A stretch of 64,000 nucleotides of DNA from Raillietiella orientalis. Taxonomy: Eukaryota. Both the position numbers and the translations under genes were made by a program. The DNA lies in the NCBI GenBank assembly GCA_036172245.1, contig JAYWIR010000076.1, positions 248,001 through 312,000 of the forward strand, in the 5' to 3' direction. Each line of letters begins with the position of its first letter. Position 1 is the stretch's first letter. Shown piece by piece: positions 23,401 through 34,929 of this stretch. The notes below the pieces were generated by a model. That model had not been told where the DNA came from. It saw only the letters and a program-made list of their open reading frames with translations, and made no database searches.

Positions 23401-26400
23401 AAGTAAAAGAAGCATGGGGAGACCCTCCTTTTTTCACATGCACCTGGAAACTAATTGAGTACAGTTATGTATGCAGATTTCTTTTAAGCAACCCAGTCCA
23501 CATGTCCCATTTGATGAACTTCCGTCCAGGTGGATGCATTCCTTTTCCATCTGGAAACGCTCAATTACCGATAATGTATTTCCATCATTTACTATTCAAA
23601 AATGAACACATGAGGATTGAAGCTGCTTAAGAGAGCACATCTTGTTCAACTCGCTCATGACACTAGTTCTACAGAGTCTTCTCGTCTCTTAGTTGCACTT
23701 GCTTTACTGCGAATTTATCTTTCGCATAATGAAACACTCAACCTTACTTGGAAGTCTTGTATTGGGCAGAATATTTGCAACAGAATTCTACTTTGACATA
23801 CTCTGAAGAAAAATATGATGATTAATTTTTTTCATCAACCGCTCCCTTCATCACGTGCTTCCTGTTTATTCTGAATGCATATTTAAAGGATCACTGCGAA
23901 TCCAATATTTAATGATGATAGAAAAATGCGATTTATTCTGTTCTTCTATTTACTATTCAGATCACTGTCCTGCGTTTCATCATACATTATTACTAAAATC
24001 TTTTTGATACTGATCCTTTTAAGAATAGGAGCTATGTATGGAATTCTGCATAGTCGGGTTTCCCTGAGAACACTTGAATTCCAGTCAACACTAGTTGAGG
24101 ATTGGAATATTCTGGATTGCGCGAATTGTCTCTTTGGACATTTCTCTGATGTCCTTCTTAGACAGATTTATTTCTCCTTGCCTTCGCATGCACACTTCGA
24201 CATCAGTTTGTACAATCTGACAGAAAATGCTGAGTGCACTATGTCTGTCCGAACAGTTTCTGTCGAAATGAAGTTTAGAATATCAGAATATCACTTGGTT
24301 CATTTCATTTTAAACCGCAACCTACGTAACTGAGGAACCCCTTATTCTATACATTTAGGGATAGCAAAATGCTGACTTCTGTTGAAATTGCAAACAAATG
24401 GCGTTAGTTTACTTTAAAATGAAAACAGTTATGGTAGTTTTGTGTTCCAAGCTATAGGCATCAAAGACATTTCTATCTTACAAGAGGATTTACGGGTTCT
24501 TTCAGGACAATTCTGTTTGCAGAAAGAAACCTCATGTTCGAGTTTTTCTTCTCATGTCAAGCGTTCATGTGTTCATTGAGATCCCAACTCAGTTGGTTCT
24601 CTATCGGTCAGTCTGCTTCCATTTGTCTCAAGAATGAGCGCATGAAATATTCTTCAGCATCGTCATACGTTCACAGCTCGTCGAATCTGTCTATGAAACT
24701 CATCTTGTTCACCGCGTGCTTTGCACCTGCTGGAGATAAGTTCGCGATCTGTGCAGCGTACATTTAATGCATCCTTGGAATCCATTCCATTTAGATGAAC
24801 GTCACTAAAGTGCATTCATATCTTTGCAGCAGTTTTAGCAATGCTATTTGCAAGATATCCGCGCGAGAGACTTCCTTTGCTTTCAAAATGATGTTTGCGC
24901 GGGTTGCATCTCCTTTACTGCACTCACATCTGGTGTCAAAATAACCTAAACTATATTCTAGAAATAAACAAATCAAGAGCCGTTGGTCCCATTACTCTTG
25001 AGCACTTCCGAAATATATATTCATCTCTTAAAAGCTTGATTTGAAGCCATGTTCTTGATGGCTCTCCTGCTTTCTAGTAATTCCTGACTTGACGTCTCTC
25101 CCGCACCTCCTCACGACATCTCTATTGCCTTCTTATTGATCAATATATTATCCTTAAGTTTCTTCCTGATGGCCTTAACTTCTGAGCTCCTATACATCAT
25201 TGTGCTGTCCATCAGTCTTGTTCTATGAACGAGTATAGAGGCAGCCCCATCTTATTTGGTTCGAACATCACTTTGTGCATAAAGTGTTTCTCTTTGACGA
25301 CAAAAATGTTTTTTTTCACATTTTTAATTCCACTCAAGTTTAATTATTACACTGACTTTCTTTGCAATGATGAATGTGTGCTTTGAAAGTAGACTTTTGA
25401 GTCGCCCGTTGCCTTAGGCAACACCATGGGAATCAGTGGTATACGAGTGTACTTTTGTATTTAAGTTGATTATACTCTCTGTAGACAATTCCAGAAAAGA
25501 ACTCAAAGAGACGAGGATGACACAATATGCCAATCATTTGGTAAGAGAATGAGCAAGGAAAACACATCACGTACATAGATTCCTAATTCAACTTTCACAC
25601 TTTCTTCAGCTTGATTTGGATAGGAGAAGGATGGGAAGATACAAGAGGATATGCACTCAGCAGCGTACAACGCAAAATTTCGTATGTTGTGTAGTACACT
25701 GCAAACAATGTTCAGCCATTTTGTCATTATGTGGACATGGTAAACACATAATAGTGCGCTCCGGATTACTGCCTACGCTCTTTGTCATTATCACCCTACT
25801 TTTTGTTCGCACACCTTGGGGAAACAGAAAATATGAAAAAAGCCGGGAGTATGGAAGGTTTTGAGCCACAAAGGGGTGTAGCTTCAAACGATGAAGTGCA
25901 TTCAAATTGCAAAGATTTCCATTACTAAGCAACCTGCATAGTAACAGTAGATCCACAAGTTACAAATGCTCTGCACATGCGGCTGTGGTCTACAGACGTT
26001 GTTTCCATTTTGAAGTCCTAAAATTTCACGTGAGGATCCTAAACACAGCGCCTAAAGAGGACATCCCTCGCTGACAAAACAGAAGATGAGAAGATAAGTG
26101 GGAGCAAGTGGTCCAAGATCTTGAACTTTGGCAGTAAATAGCCAGATGATTAGTTTATGTGGTATAGATTTTGTATCATTGTCCGCTGCAGCGTCATTTC
26201 TCTACGAGACCATATTTATTTGAAGATGCTCTCTCTATCCTCGCGCTTGAGGAATAAAATTTTATAATGAAGGAGAATTAGCTTTTCTCTCAGCGTTTCC
26301 TTTTTTAATTGTTTTTTAGTCAAAAAGGTATAAGTTCCACATGTGTCCCCACGTTTCTCATGGTATACGTGGTCATTATAAACATTAAGAGAACATTAAT

Positions 26401-27549
26401 CTGTTTTTGTATCCCATCGTATGTAAAATAGGCGGAGACGTGTGAAGGTCTTCCGTGCACCCTGTTCTCAGGAAAATTGTGGGAGCCATTTCTGTAGAGG
26501 ATGGTACTCGCAGATTCCTTGAAGTAGCAGAAGCGCAAGTGGCTGCGCTGCCGTCCAATGCTCATTTGAAAGTCGCGATAATCGCAATAATTGGTTTGCA
26601 TTTTCGTTGCCAGGCGTGTCAGCATCCTTTGACTCCGTAGTTGGTTCGGCGTGGCAAACCAGTACTCTAGTAACATCTGGTCATTAAATCTACATTGCGG
26701 TGTCGATCGCACCAGGCTTCTTTAAAGCAGAAGTCCATTAACGGAACATCAAGGTAGTTCGATCGCTCCCTCGAGAAGTTCCTCCAGCGGATCCAGTATG
26801 TACATTGAACCAACACCGCATACACATTAAGTACCGATTTTGCTCTGCGTATCCCTGCGTATTCCCTTTGAAAAGGCTCTGACCACGTGTTTTTTGAGAA
26901 CTGTCGAATTTCGACATCAGTTGACATTTTCGCATTCTTTCAATGAGGAAACGAAGGCAAAAATGCTCAAATGCCCTGTGGACAGTATAAGAAAAACAAA
27001 AGACGATCGTCCCCAGGACCTAAGGAAATCAAAACGATTGCATTCCAGCCTTCTGGAGTATTTTTTTGCATATTTGAGAAATTAGTCTTCGGTGTGGAGA
27101 AGCAAGCGGTCTGTGGACACACCGGTGGACTTCAGAAAAATTGAGGATATTTGCTTCCTTTAGTCCTCTTTATCAGATGTCGAGGCGGCCGTACCCACAC
27201 ACTCCTGCGCTCTCACGGCGAGAAGCTGGACTGCAAAAACAGTTACTTACTGTTTTTGCTGTGTGACTAGCTCCATCTGCGGTACCTTAGGCGAAAGATA
27301 CCGCCTATGAGGCACAGGGTTGCAAACGCAGCCTTATTTTTAAAGTATCTGAACATCTCGCTGTAGACACTGCATGTTCTATTGCAAGGAAACATGCAGA
27401 AAATTGACGTACAGGAGGGAAATTATTTCAAGTTCCCTCACCCTGATTATGGTTTTACAACCGCGTGCTCTGGGACGTTTATATCTCTTAGAGTGATCAG
27501 TCAAGCCAGAGGGCTAAATACTCGCAATTATTACATTTAAAGTGGGTGG

Positions 27550-27960
27550 AAGCCAGCAAGGCTCATCACTCTTACAAAGGGAAAAACGGATAAAATAAAA
27601 CAAGAGCAAAATGGCAAACCATAACAATAAAAACAAACCCAAATGTGATTATTTGGGGGAAGGGAAGGGATAACATTTCGCGTTGGGTGAAACTTCTGCA
27701 TCAGTTAAGGGATTTGGGAGAGCTTCTCTTGCTCCGTTTCCACTTGGAACTACCTAGAATATATCTACAGTAAGAGGGTGGCGTGAAGGGCAAACCCCTT
27801 TCGCATCGTCATTCCTCGGTGTCGCACTTTGTCGCGGCGAACCGACACAAAGTACACGCGGCTGCCGCTGAAAAAAATGCTCACTATTGCGCAGTGCCAG
27901 CTAAAGCGCAGACATGGCATGGCATATGTGCGCTTTAGCTGGTCTGCAATCGCAAGTGCC
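27550..27960 (-). mobile_element. Highly decayed A'-like LINE 3' end
   Basis: AAGGGAAGGGATAACA preceded by an A-rich tract resembles 5340-5400. Weak similarity continues upstream. Confidence 0.4.
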
Positions 27961-28439
27961 TTCGAAGCTCGCGGCAGCTTTCTTCGAACGCTCTTATTAT
28001 AAGCGTTCGAAGAAAGCTGCCGCGAAAGATGCGCCACTGGAGCCCTAGGCCAGGACCACATCCGAGAGCGCGCGAATAACACCAAAAAGGTCGAGAAAAA
28101 TGGCCAGAAATCTCTATGGCAGCTGGTAACCTCCAGAAAAGAAAAAAAATAAGCGCTTGCACAACATCCGAGAAAATTAAATGCTGTATCCTTGTGGTTT
28201 TTATCCCGTTTGCGCCGGAACGTCTATTAAAATAAAATTATCTGGGAACATAGTTCTCAGGCAAGGGAAATTGGAATTCAGGGGTGGCGGTTCCTGATAC
28301 AGGATCTTGCATTCTGAGAGATCGAAACAGGAGGAAATGGACAATATATAAATTAAAATAGAGAGGCAGTCAGGGGTAAAGGTCTTTAGCTTATACCGCA
28401 TGCAGGAGATCTTCGTTCTCATTTGGTCGTTGATTTGTG

Positions 28440-29520
28440 CTCACCCGGCAGTCATTCTTAGGTGCTTGCTACAGTGCTGGTGACCGCTGTTGAGGCTGAT
28501 CGCAATTGCATTACGTGGAAAGCCCTAAGAAAGGCGCGGAAGCAACAGATGTTTGAGATGATCTCAACAATCGATGGGCCGTCAGGAGTGGAGAAGCGTC
28601 TCAGTAAGTTCATTGCGCTGTTGTACGGATGCAGGAGCTCTGAAGGTAGCCTCTGCCACTGTCCTTGGAGCGCACTGCAACCGAATAACAAGTGCGGGAG
28701 CAATTCCGGCGCTCTGCAACATTTGCAGTTCGCGGACGCGATTTCTTTGGAAACTAGGTGCGCGCGTAAGTTGCAATAGAAATCCCAATACTCCAGAAGA
28801 AAGGCGTTCCATTTCCAAGAAAGGAAGAACACAGAAGAGTCCTCGAACGAGGGGAAGAGCACAAGTTCTTCCGTGGGCACCCTCAGGAGTTCGTTGCACC
28901 AAGGAAGTCCCACAGATTATGGAGTGTCGTGGCAGCGTCTGCCAGCTCGCTCGTCTTCCAGCCACAAAGGGGTCGGGTTTCGCATGCGATAGCGCACACG
29001 ACCTCCCACCTTGTCGGTAGGCCACTATCCTCTCGTGTGTTTAAGGCCGGCAGCGCGTAGTCGAGGGGCGAAACGCACTTGCGAGTCTACTTATCCTTGT
29101 TCTGCAACGCCTTCTCCACTGGACATGCTGCCTAAAGGTTCACGCTACGAAGTTCCAAACGGCACACGTCCTGTTGTCTTGTCCTGGAAGATAAGACTTT
29201 CTGTCGAAAGGCTTTGAAGTCATCCGACCAAACAGGAGTTCCACGAATGTGCCTTCAGAAGCAAGGCGAGCTGCATCATCGGGAAGCTGAATCCTCTCAT
29301 GGCGCGCTCCGTATGCAGAAGAGGCGAAATAAGTCTGTCGCCAACTGTGCGGCGCTGCAGCAGCAGCTGTGCTTGAGCACAACATGGAGTCGTTTTAAGC
29401 TGTTTCCAAAGTATCGGCATGCAAAACTGCATTAGCAGACCGATCCTTTTCAGCGTCCGCATCCCCAAGCTGCCAGCCCGACGAAGAGCCTCAAAACCCT
29501 TATGGGAGATTCTGGACCTC
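28440..29520 (-). pseudogene. Decayed B-type ORF2 C-terminal fragment
   Basis: ASANCKCCRAPELLPHLLFGCSALQG..LLRRFSTPDG and AKFWAKRPLRN..ARSRI match the B ORF2 C-terminus. Confidence 0.8.
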
Positions 29521-29699
29521 GCGAGTTCCCACGAGGTGTTCCGCAACGGACGTTTTGCCCAAAACTTGGCCGAGTCAGGAAGTGGAGAAACAATAGGTTC
29601 CATGAAATCATCTAATGGATACAAGGAAACGGTTTCCGATCCCGCGATGACGACTACGTCTGCTGGCAGGGAGCCCCTTTCCTTGAAAACAGCGAGGAT

Positions 29700-30450
29700 A
29701 TTCTCCCAGGTCACTGACTTCGCAGCTGCAAAGGGACCTTCGCCCGTCAGCCCTGAGCTACAGGCCTATGAGAAAAATGGCTACACGTTTGCACCAATGT
29801 ATTAGGTGAGTGTTCTCATGTCTGAGAGTGCTGGACACGACTTGAGGCAGAAGATCCAACGTATTGGAGTTGAAACAGCCCAGCTGGATTTCATCATGCA
29901 CATAAGTGGGTGAGGCTAATAAGAAATGTCCTGTAAGGACACTCTCCTGACGCAGCATTTAATGCACACGCTACTGCTTATTCATGGGGAGGGAAAACTG
30001 TTTGACATAGCGGACCATTCTTTCGCGGTGCGGCTAAATGGTGGGAAGAAAACCGTTTAGGATACTCAGTTCATTGAGGCCATCCAAGATTCCGCCATCC
30101 TCCACGCGCTGCTGAGCGTTTCGAAGACCAACTCAGCAGTTCGTGCAATTGCGGATGATGGTGGTGGATCGTGGGGCCATGTCCACTGGACTGCAGGTTG
30201 ACGGAATGACCATTCACCTGTGGTTTGCGAAGCAATCGTGTACCTGCACGGAATGAGATCAAGAGGGACACCACATTATGAAGTCAGCATCAATCGTTTC
30301 AAGTTACTGCCACGAGCCTAGTTACACAAACAGGTGGTCGAAGCTCTTGATTAAATTAGAGAAGCGCCGAAATAAAACGCGTCTTGATTTGCCTGATAAA
30401 AGCCGTGACTGGAAGAGAGAGAATAGTGAGAGCGTTGAAAAGAGCACGAG
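29700..30450 (+). pseudogene. Decayed B'-type ORF1 fragment
   Basis: FSQV..GPSPVSPELQAYEKNGY matches SPELQAYVADGY at about 47060. Many stops follow. Confidence 0.7.
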
Positions 30451-30659
30451 AGTAGACGCGCAAAAATGAACCGCGCAAAAATTGCAAAGCTATTCTAAGG
30501 CCTCGCAGCAAGCCTGAAAAATCAAACTCGAGGGTGCCGAAGGCGAAAACGCTTTCTACTGTTGCGGTCGTGAACTGGCGGCTTCGTGGAGGAACACTTG
30601 GTTCTAACATGCCTGAGGACTTGACGTGGGCCGCTGATGAGACCGGCTAGGTCCTCTCA

Positions 30660-31620
30660 CGAGGCGCAGAGGAAGAGGAAACCGTAACAAAAAGAAACGA
30701 AAGAAAAGTAAAAAGGTCGAAAATGGTTTTGGGGAGGACCGAAGGGCTGGTCTCTCGCATCCCTAGACGCCTGGATTGTTTTTTTTCATCCTATCCAGGA
30801 TGCTGAGAAGTTCTGCTTTTATTCTTGGTGTTGTACCTCACCTTGTAGCCGTCTCCAAAGAGATGGTCGTCTAGTGGATGGCGTCCCTGCATCTCTGGCT
30901 TTTCTACTTGCGTTTCACCTTTGCACGATGATGCGCGCTTAGAAGAGGACTGCTACGGACGCAGCGAGGCGCTGGCCTTCACGCAGAAATAGGTGTAGGT
31001 AAATGTCCTTAGGGTCGCCCACTGGAAGACGAAGCATTTGGGAAAGTCAACTCCACAGTGCAACGAGGGCGACACACTAGATTGTAAGATGCGGGAAGGT
31101 TTCTTTTTCACCGCACTCGACGTATCGGGCATTAACGTTCTTCGGTGTCGGATGAGACAGGCGTGCTCTGCTTAACAGTCCCCAATGCAGAAATAGCAAC
31201 TCCGTCTCCTGCCTCTTCAACGGAAGGGTGCCGCTATCTCAAGACGCTGAGGGCCACTCCATTTTCTCCGGTGGTATTGCGAGCAGCTCTATCCATCGCG
31301 TAAGTACGTGAAGCGGGACGATAAGGGCGGCAGTCTCCGCTAGCTCCCGAGTCGTCCACCCCTTTAGTGGTTTTCTCCTGCTTCCTATGACGCAGGACAC
31401 CAGCCACGATGTCCCGCTCGTAGCTGTTCCTAGTATCCTTGAGTAAGGACAGAACGAGGGCAAAAGGGGTGAAAGAAACCCACAGAAACTTCCGTGGCGT
31501 GTTGACGATCTAAAGCAGCGGCTGTCTAGAGTTGGGAATTTGAGAGAGGCAGTTGTATTCTCTTTCTCTCGCGTCCTTGATGTGCACTCACGCGGAAACT
31601 GAATTCTGAAACCAGGCATT
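30660..31620 (-). pseudogene. Decayed A-type ORF2 C-terminus and 3' UTR
   Basis: WLVSCVIGSRRKPLKGWTTRELAETA..LTRWIELLAIP..WP matches the A1/A3 C-terminal region. Confidence 0.7.
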
Positions 31621-31669
31621 GCAGTTTGCGAACAAGTAGCAGATCAAGGTCCGCATGCCGGCAGTCGCC

Positions 31670-31914
31670 GCATTGTAAGGCGTTATTACTCTTCTCTATA
31701 AGCGGAAGTGCCTACGGAAAATATTTTTCTAAAGAAACTCCTGCTGCAGCATGCGCCCGTTGTTAGCCAAAAGCAACACGCACGTCTAGACAGCTCCATC
31801 ATGGCGGAGGAAATTTTCCCAGCAACCGCGGTGCTGAAGAGACGAAAAGCACCAGGAGACGATCGACTGAACGCGGAGTTTTATCAATGCTTCGCGGCGA
31901 AGCTCGTCTCTTGA
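31670..31914 (+). pseudogene. B-type ORF2 linker/RT-start fragment
   Basis: PTENIF..LKRRKAPGDDRLNAEFYQCFA. Confidence 0.75.
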
Positions 31915-31919
31915 TTCAC

Positions 31920-32450
31920 GCCACGTGGCGCAATCCGAACGCCTTCCGGATAAGGGCTGCCTTCAGCTGAATCGTCGTCGCACGAGTGACCCTTCGCGCG
32001 GGGTACGAACTTCCCCACAAACTCCAGCTCGGCACCGAGTTTGTCGATGTATGGTATTCGGGGAAGTCGAAGTTTTGTGGAATGTGTAAGACGTTCGGTC
32101 ATCTCAGAAAGAGATGCCCTGACGCATTATGCCCCACGTGCGGAGTTAAGGGCCACATTAAAGTGACGTGCCCGATGAACGTCGCTCCACAGCCGTCGGA
32201 ATCTTCCCAAACTGCTAAGGAGAAAATAGTGGCTGAAATAAATGTTTATCTAATCGCGAAACGACCGCCGAACAAAAATTCGTGCAGCAAGAAGCGGACT
32301 CAGTAAAAGCAATTCCGAAACAGACTGCCGACGTGGAAGGCGTGCGACTGGTGTCCCGAAAAATTAAATTTATTAAAAAAACTGCGCCCTTCCCTGCGAC
32401 GATATCCAAAGGCAAGGCCAAGGCCGCGCCTCGCAAAGGCATGAAGAAGT
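31920..32450 (+). pseudogene. ORF1 fragment with two CCHC knuckles (A/C-like)
   Basis: LPHKLQLGTEFVDVWYSGKSKFCGMCKTFGHLRKRCPDALCPTCGVKGHIKVTCP. Confidence 0.8.
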
Positions 32451-32589
32451 TCATCATCCGGATGTGCCAGGGCACTTATTCGGAACAAATAAGAATACAT
32501 GTTACTTTCCTGTGATGAACTCAAGGGCTCACCATCCACAACAGCAAGCTAGTTGCCGGCGCAAACACCGGTGAGGTCCATCCAACGCG

Positions 32590-33584
32590 CATGGTAGGAA
32601 GAATTAAAACAAAAAACAAACAAAAGGGGAGATGTAGAGAGGGCTCGAAGTTTTTTAAGGGAAAAGAGGCGAGGATGGGATCACATTGCGCGTGAATTGG
32701 TCCTCTAGATCCTATTTAGGATCCTATCGAGCTGAGTCCCGTTCACACCCAGGTGGGAATATCTGGAGAGCTTCGTTGCGAATATTCGCGTCCACTGTGT
32801 GGCATCCCTGCCATTCGTGCTTCATCAACACACTTTCCATGCTGCCACGATTCCGCGTATGCAGTACAGCACTGCTGAGGAAACGGCCGGGGCAAGAAGG
32901 CACAGGAGAAGAGTCGCCGGAAAATGTACCTAAGTGTACCTCCGTCAATGTTCAGGGTCGCAGCAAGACGATCCCAGAGGGGGCGGAGGCCGACGCATTC
33001 AACAAGAAGCAGAAGGGAGGCCTTCTTCTATCCGCACTGTGCACAAAAGTCACCCACACTCCGACGAGTTCAGTGGGGCAGCACCGTTGCCAGTGGTGTC
33101 GTCTCCGCCCAAGTGCTTCTGGCGGGACACATGTTCATGTTCCTCAGCGTGCAGCGGGTGTAGATGCCGGTACGCAGGAGGTTGCAGGATTCTCCACTGA
33201 TCTTGTTTAACTTTGTCTACGTTCCAACTGTTTCTACCAGCCATGGGCTGAAGTTGGCGGGGCTGCAGGCCTTCCATCCGTTCTCCGTTGCCAGGGTGAC
33301 CATGCGTCCCAGGAGAAGTCTGCATCTTCATATTTTTCTGCCGGGGCACAGAAAAAAAGATGCGAGTCCTTCAATCCCGGACACACGTCTGGCGAGAAAT
33401 CAAGCCGGAACGCACCAAGGGGTGTTCCACATCTTCGCTGCGATGGCTAGAGTACGCCACCGCATCTGTGTTTCCACGAGCTCCATCGTCAGCACGCTAA
33501 GACCTCCGTCCCGAAGTGAAGCGCACAAGTACTTTAAAGGCACACGAGGCCTGCCGCCTCCCTACAGGGCGATACATAGTAGGT
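32590..33584 (-). pseudogene. Decayed A-like ORF2 C-terminal fragment plus 3' UTR; host of D
   Basis: Minus strand reads LLCIAL*GGGRPRVPLKYLCASLRDGGL..PANFSPWLVETVGT, homologous to A3 at about 58200-58570. Confidence 0.75.
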
Positions 33585-34929
33585 TTTTCACCCGGGTGAG
33601 CCGGGGCTTTTATTACTAAAATTTTTCAATTACAAAAAATTTCATAATATAGTCATATTTCGTCAATAAAGTTTTCTTCAGTCTAGAAACGTTGCCAGAC
33701 TGTCTTGAAGCACTTATCCTTACCGACCCGAAGGCCGATAAGGTCCTCTACACTGGCGAAGGGGCGGGGAACAACAAAAATAAACAAAAAAAAGGAAAAC
33801 GCCTGGGGGGGGCAATGTTCTTCGGGAGGAAGAGGGAAGGGAAGGAATCACGGTACGCCGTGAGGAGGCCTCTGCATCCGGTCACGGATGCGCACGAGTG
33901 CCTGTAAGGGTTTTCCAAGTCGGCGCCAACGGCAGGCCTTCTCCAAGGAGATGGTTGCCCAGTGGATGGCGTTCCGACTGGCATGTCCTCTCCTTAACGC
34001 GGACCACTTGTCCAGTATTCCGCGTATGCAACAGAGCACTGCTACACACCCGGAAGCTGACATGGCGTCCCGCATCAGGAGTCGAAAAATGTTCTTCGTG
34101 TCGCCCCGCGGAATGTTCAAGATCGACGAGAGTCGGTCCAACATATCGCAAAGGGCAACGCACTCAATGATCAAGTGAGGAAAGGTTTCTCTTTCCTTAC
34201 TTTCCGTCGCAGGTGTTGCGGCGTCTTCAGGCATTTCTGGCTTCGAACGGCCGCACTTCCACACACGAAAACTTCCTCCTAGGTTACGCTCTCGCGAGCT
34301 CACCAAAAACGCGTGCGACCACGGCGAAGGTGGGCCGCATTTCAATTCACGGGGTATGGGGCAAACAAAAAGCAGGGGGTGAAGGAGGAGGGATGCGAAC
34401 GCGTTTTACACCGAAGCCCGCTCTGCCAAGTAGAGCTTGCCTTTCAGGATCGCCAGCGATGCTTCTTGGAGACGGTCGGACCAGGCTTCTGCGGCGCAGA
34501 AAATCCCCAGCGGTACGCCAAGGTACTTGATGCACCTGCCCGTGGTGATCCAGAAACGGATACAGTCCGACCGTGGAGCCCACGCTAAGTCCACGAAAAT
34601 TATACACCACTACACCTTCTCACTTCCAGGCTCGTCTCGCGGCGGAACTTGAAGAAATACTCGAACGCGCACGCCGGGTGGACCCGGGGAGCAGCAGCAG
34701 AGGATCGTCTGCCTAGGCCGACACGGCAGACGTGCCGGGGTACGAGCTCGGCAGGATAGACAGAGTATCCCTGTATGCACTCAGCACCAGCTCAAAATAG
34801 ATGCTGAATAGCAAGGGACTCAACCCGGTTCACTGGTCAACAAACTAAAGTTGTGCGCAACCGTGCACACCTTGATGACCAGGACTCTCTCGTGATTCGG
34901 CCCATCTGGTTCAAGGCGAACGTTGAAAT
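33585..34929 (-). mobile_element. D-family LINE 3' remnant with internal deletions, starting exactly at the GDFN codons
   Basis: From 34929 the minus strand reads (D)FNVRLEPDGPNHERVLVIKVCTVAHNFSLLTSEPG, then SPLLFSIYFELVL, KYLGVP and ETFPHLIIEC. 3' end AATAAAAGCCCCGGCTCACCCGGGTGAAAAA. Confidence 0.8.
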
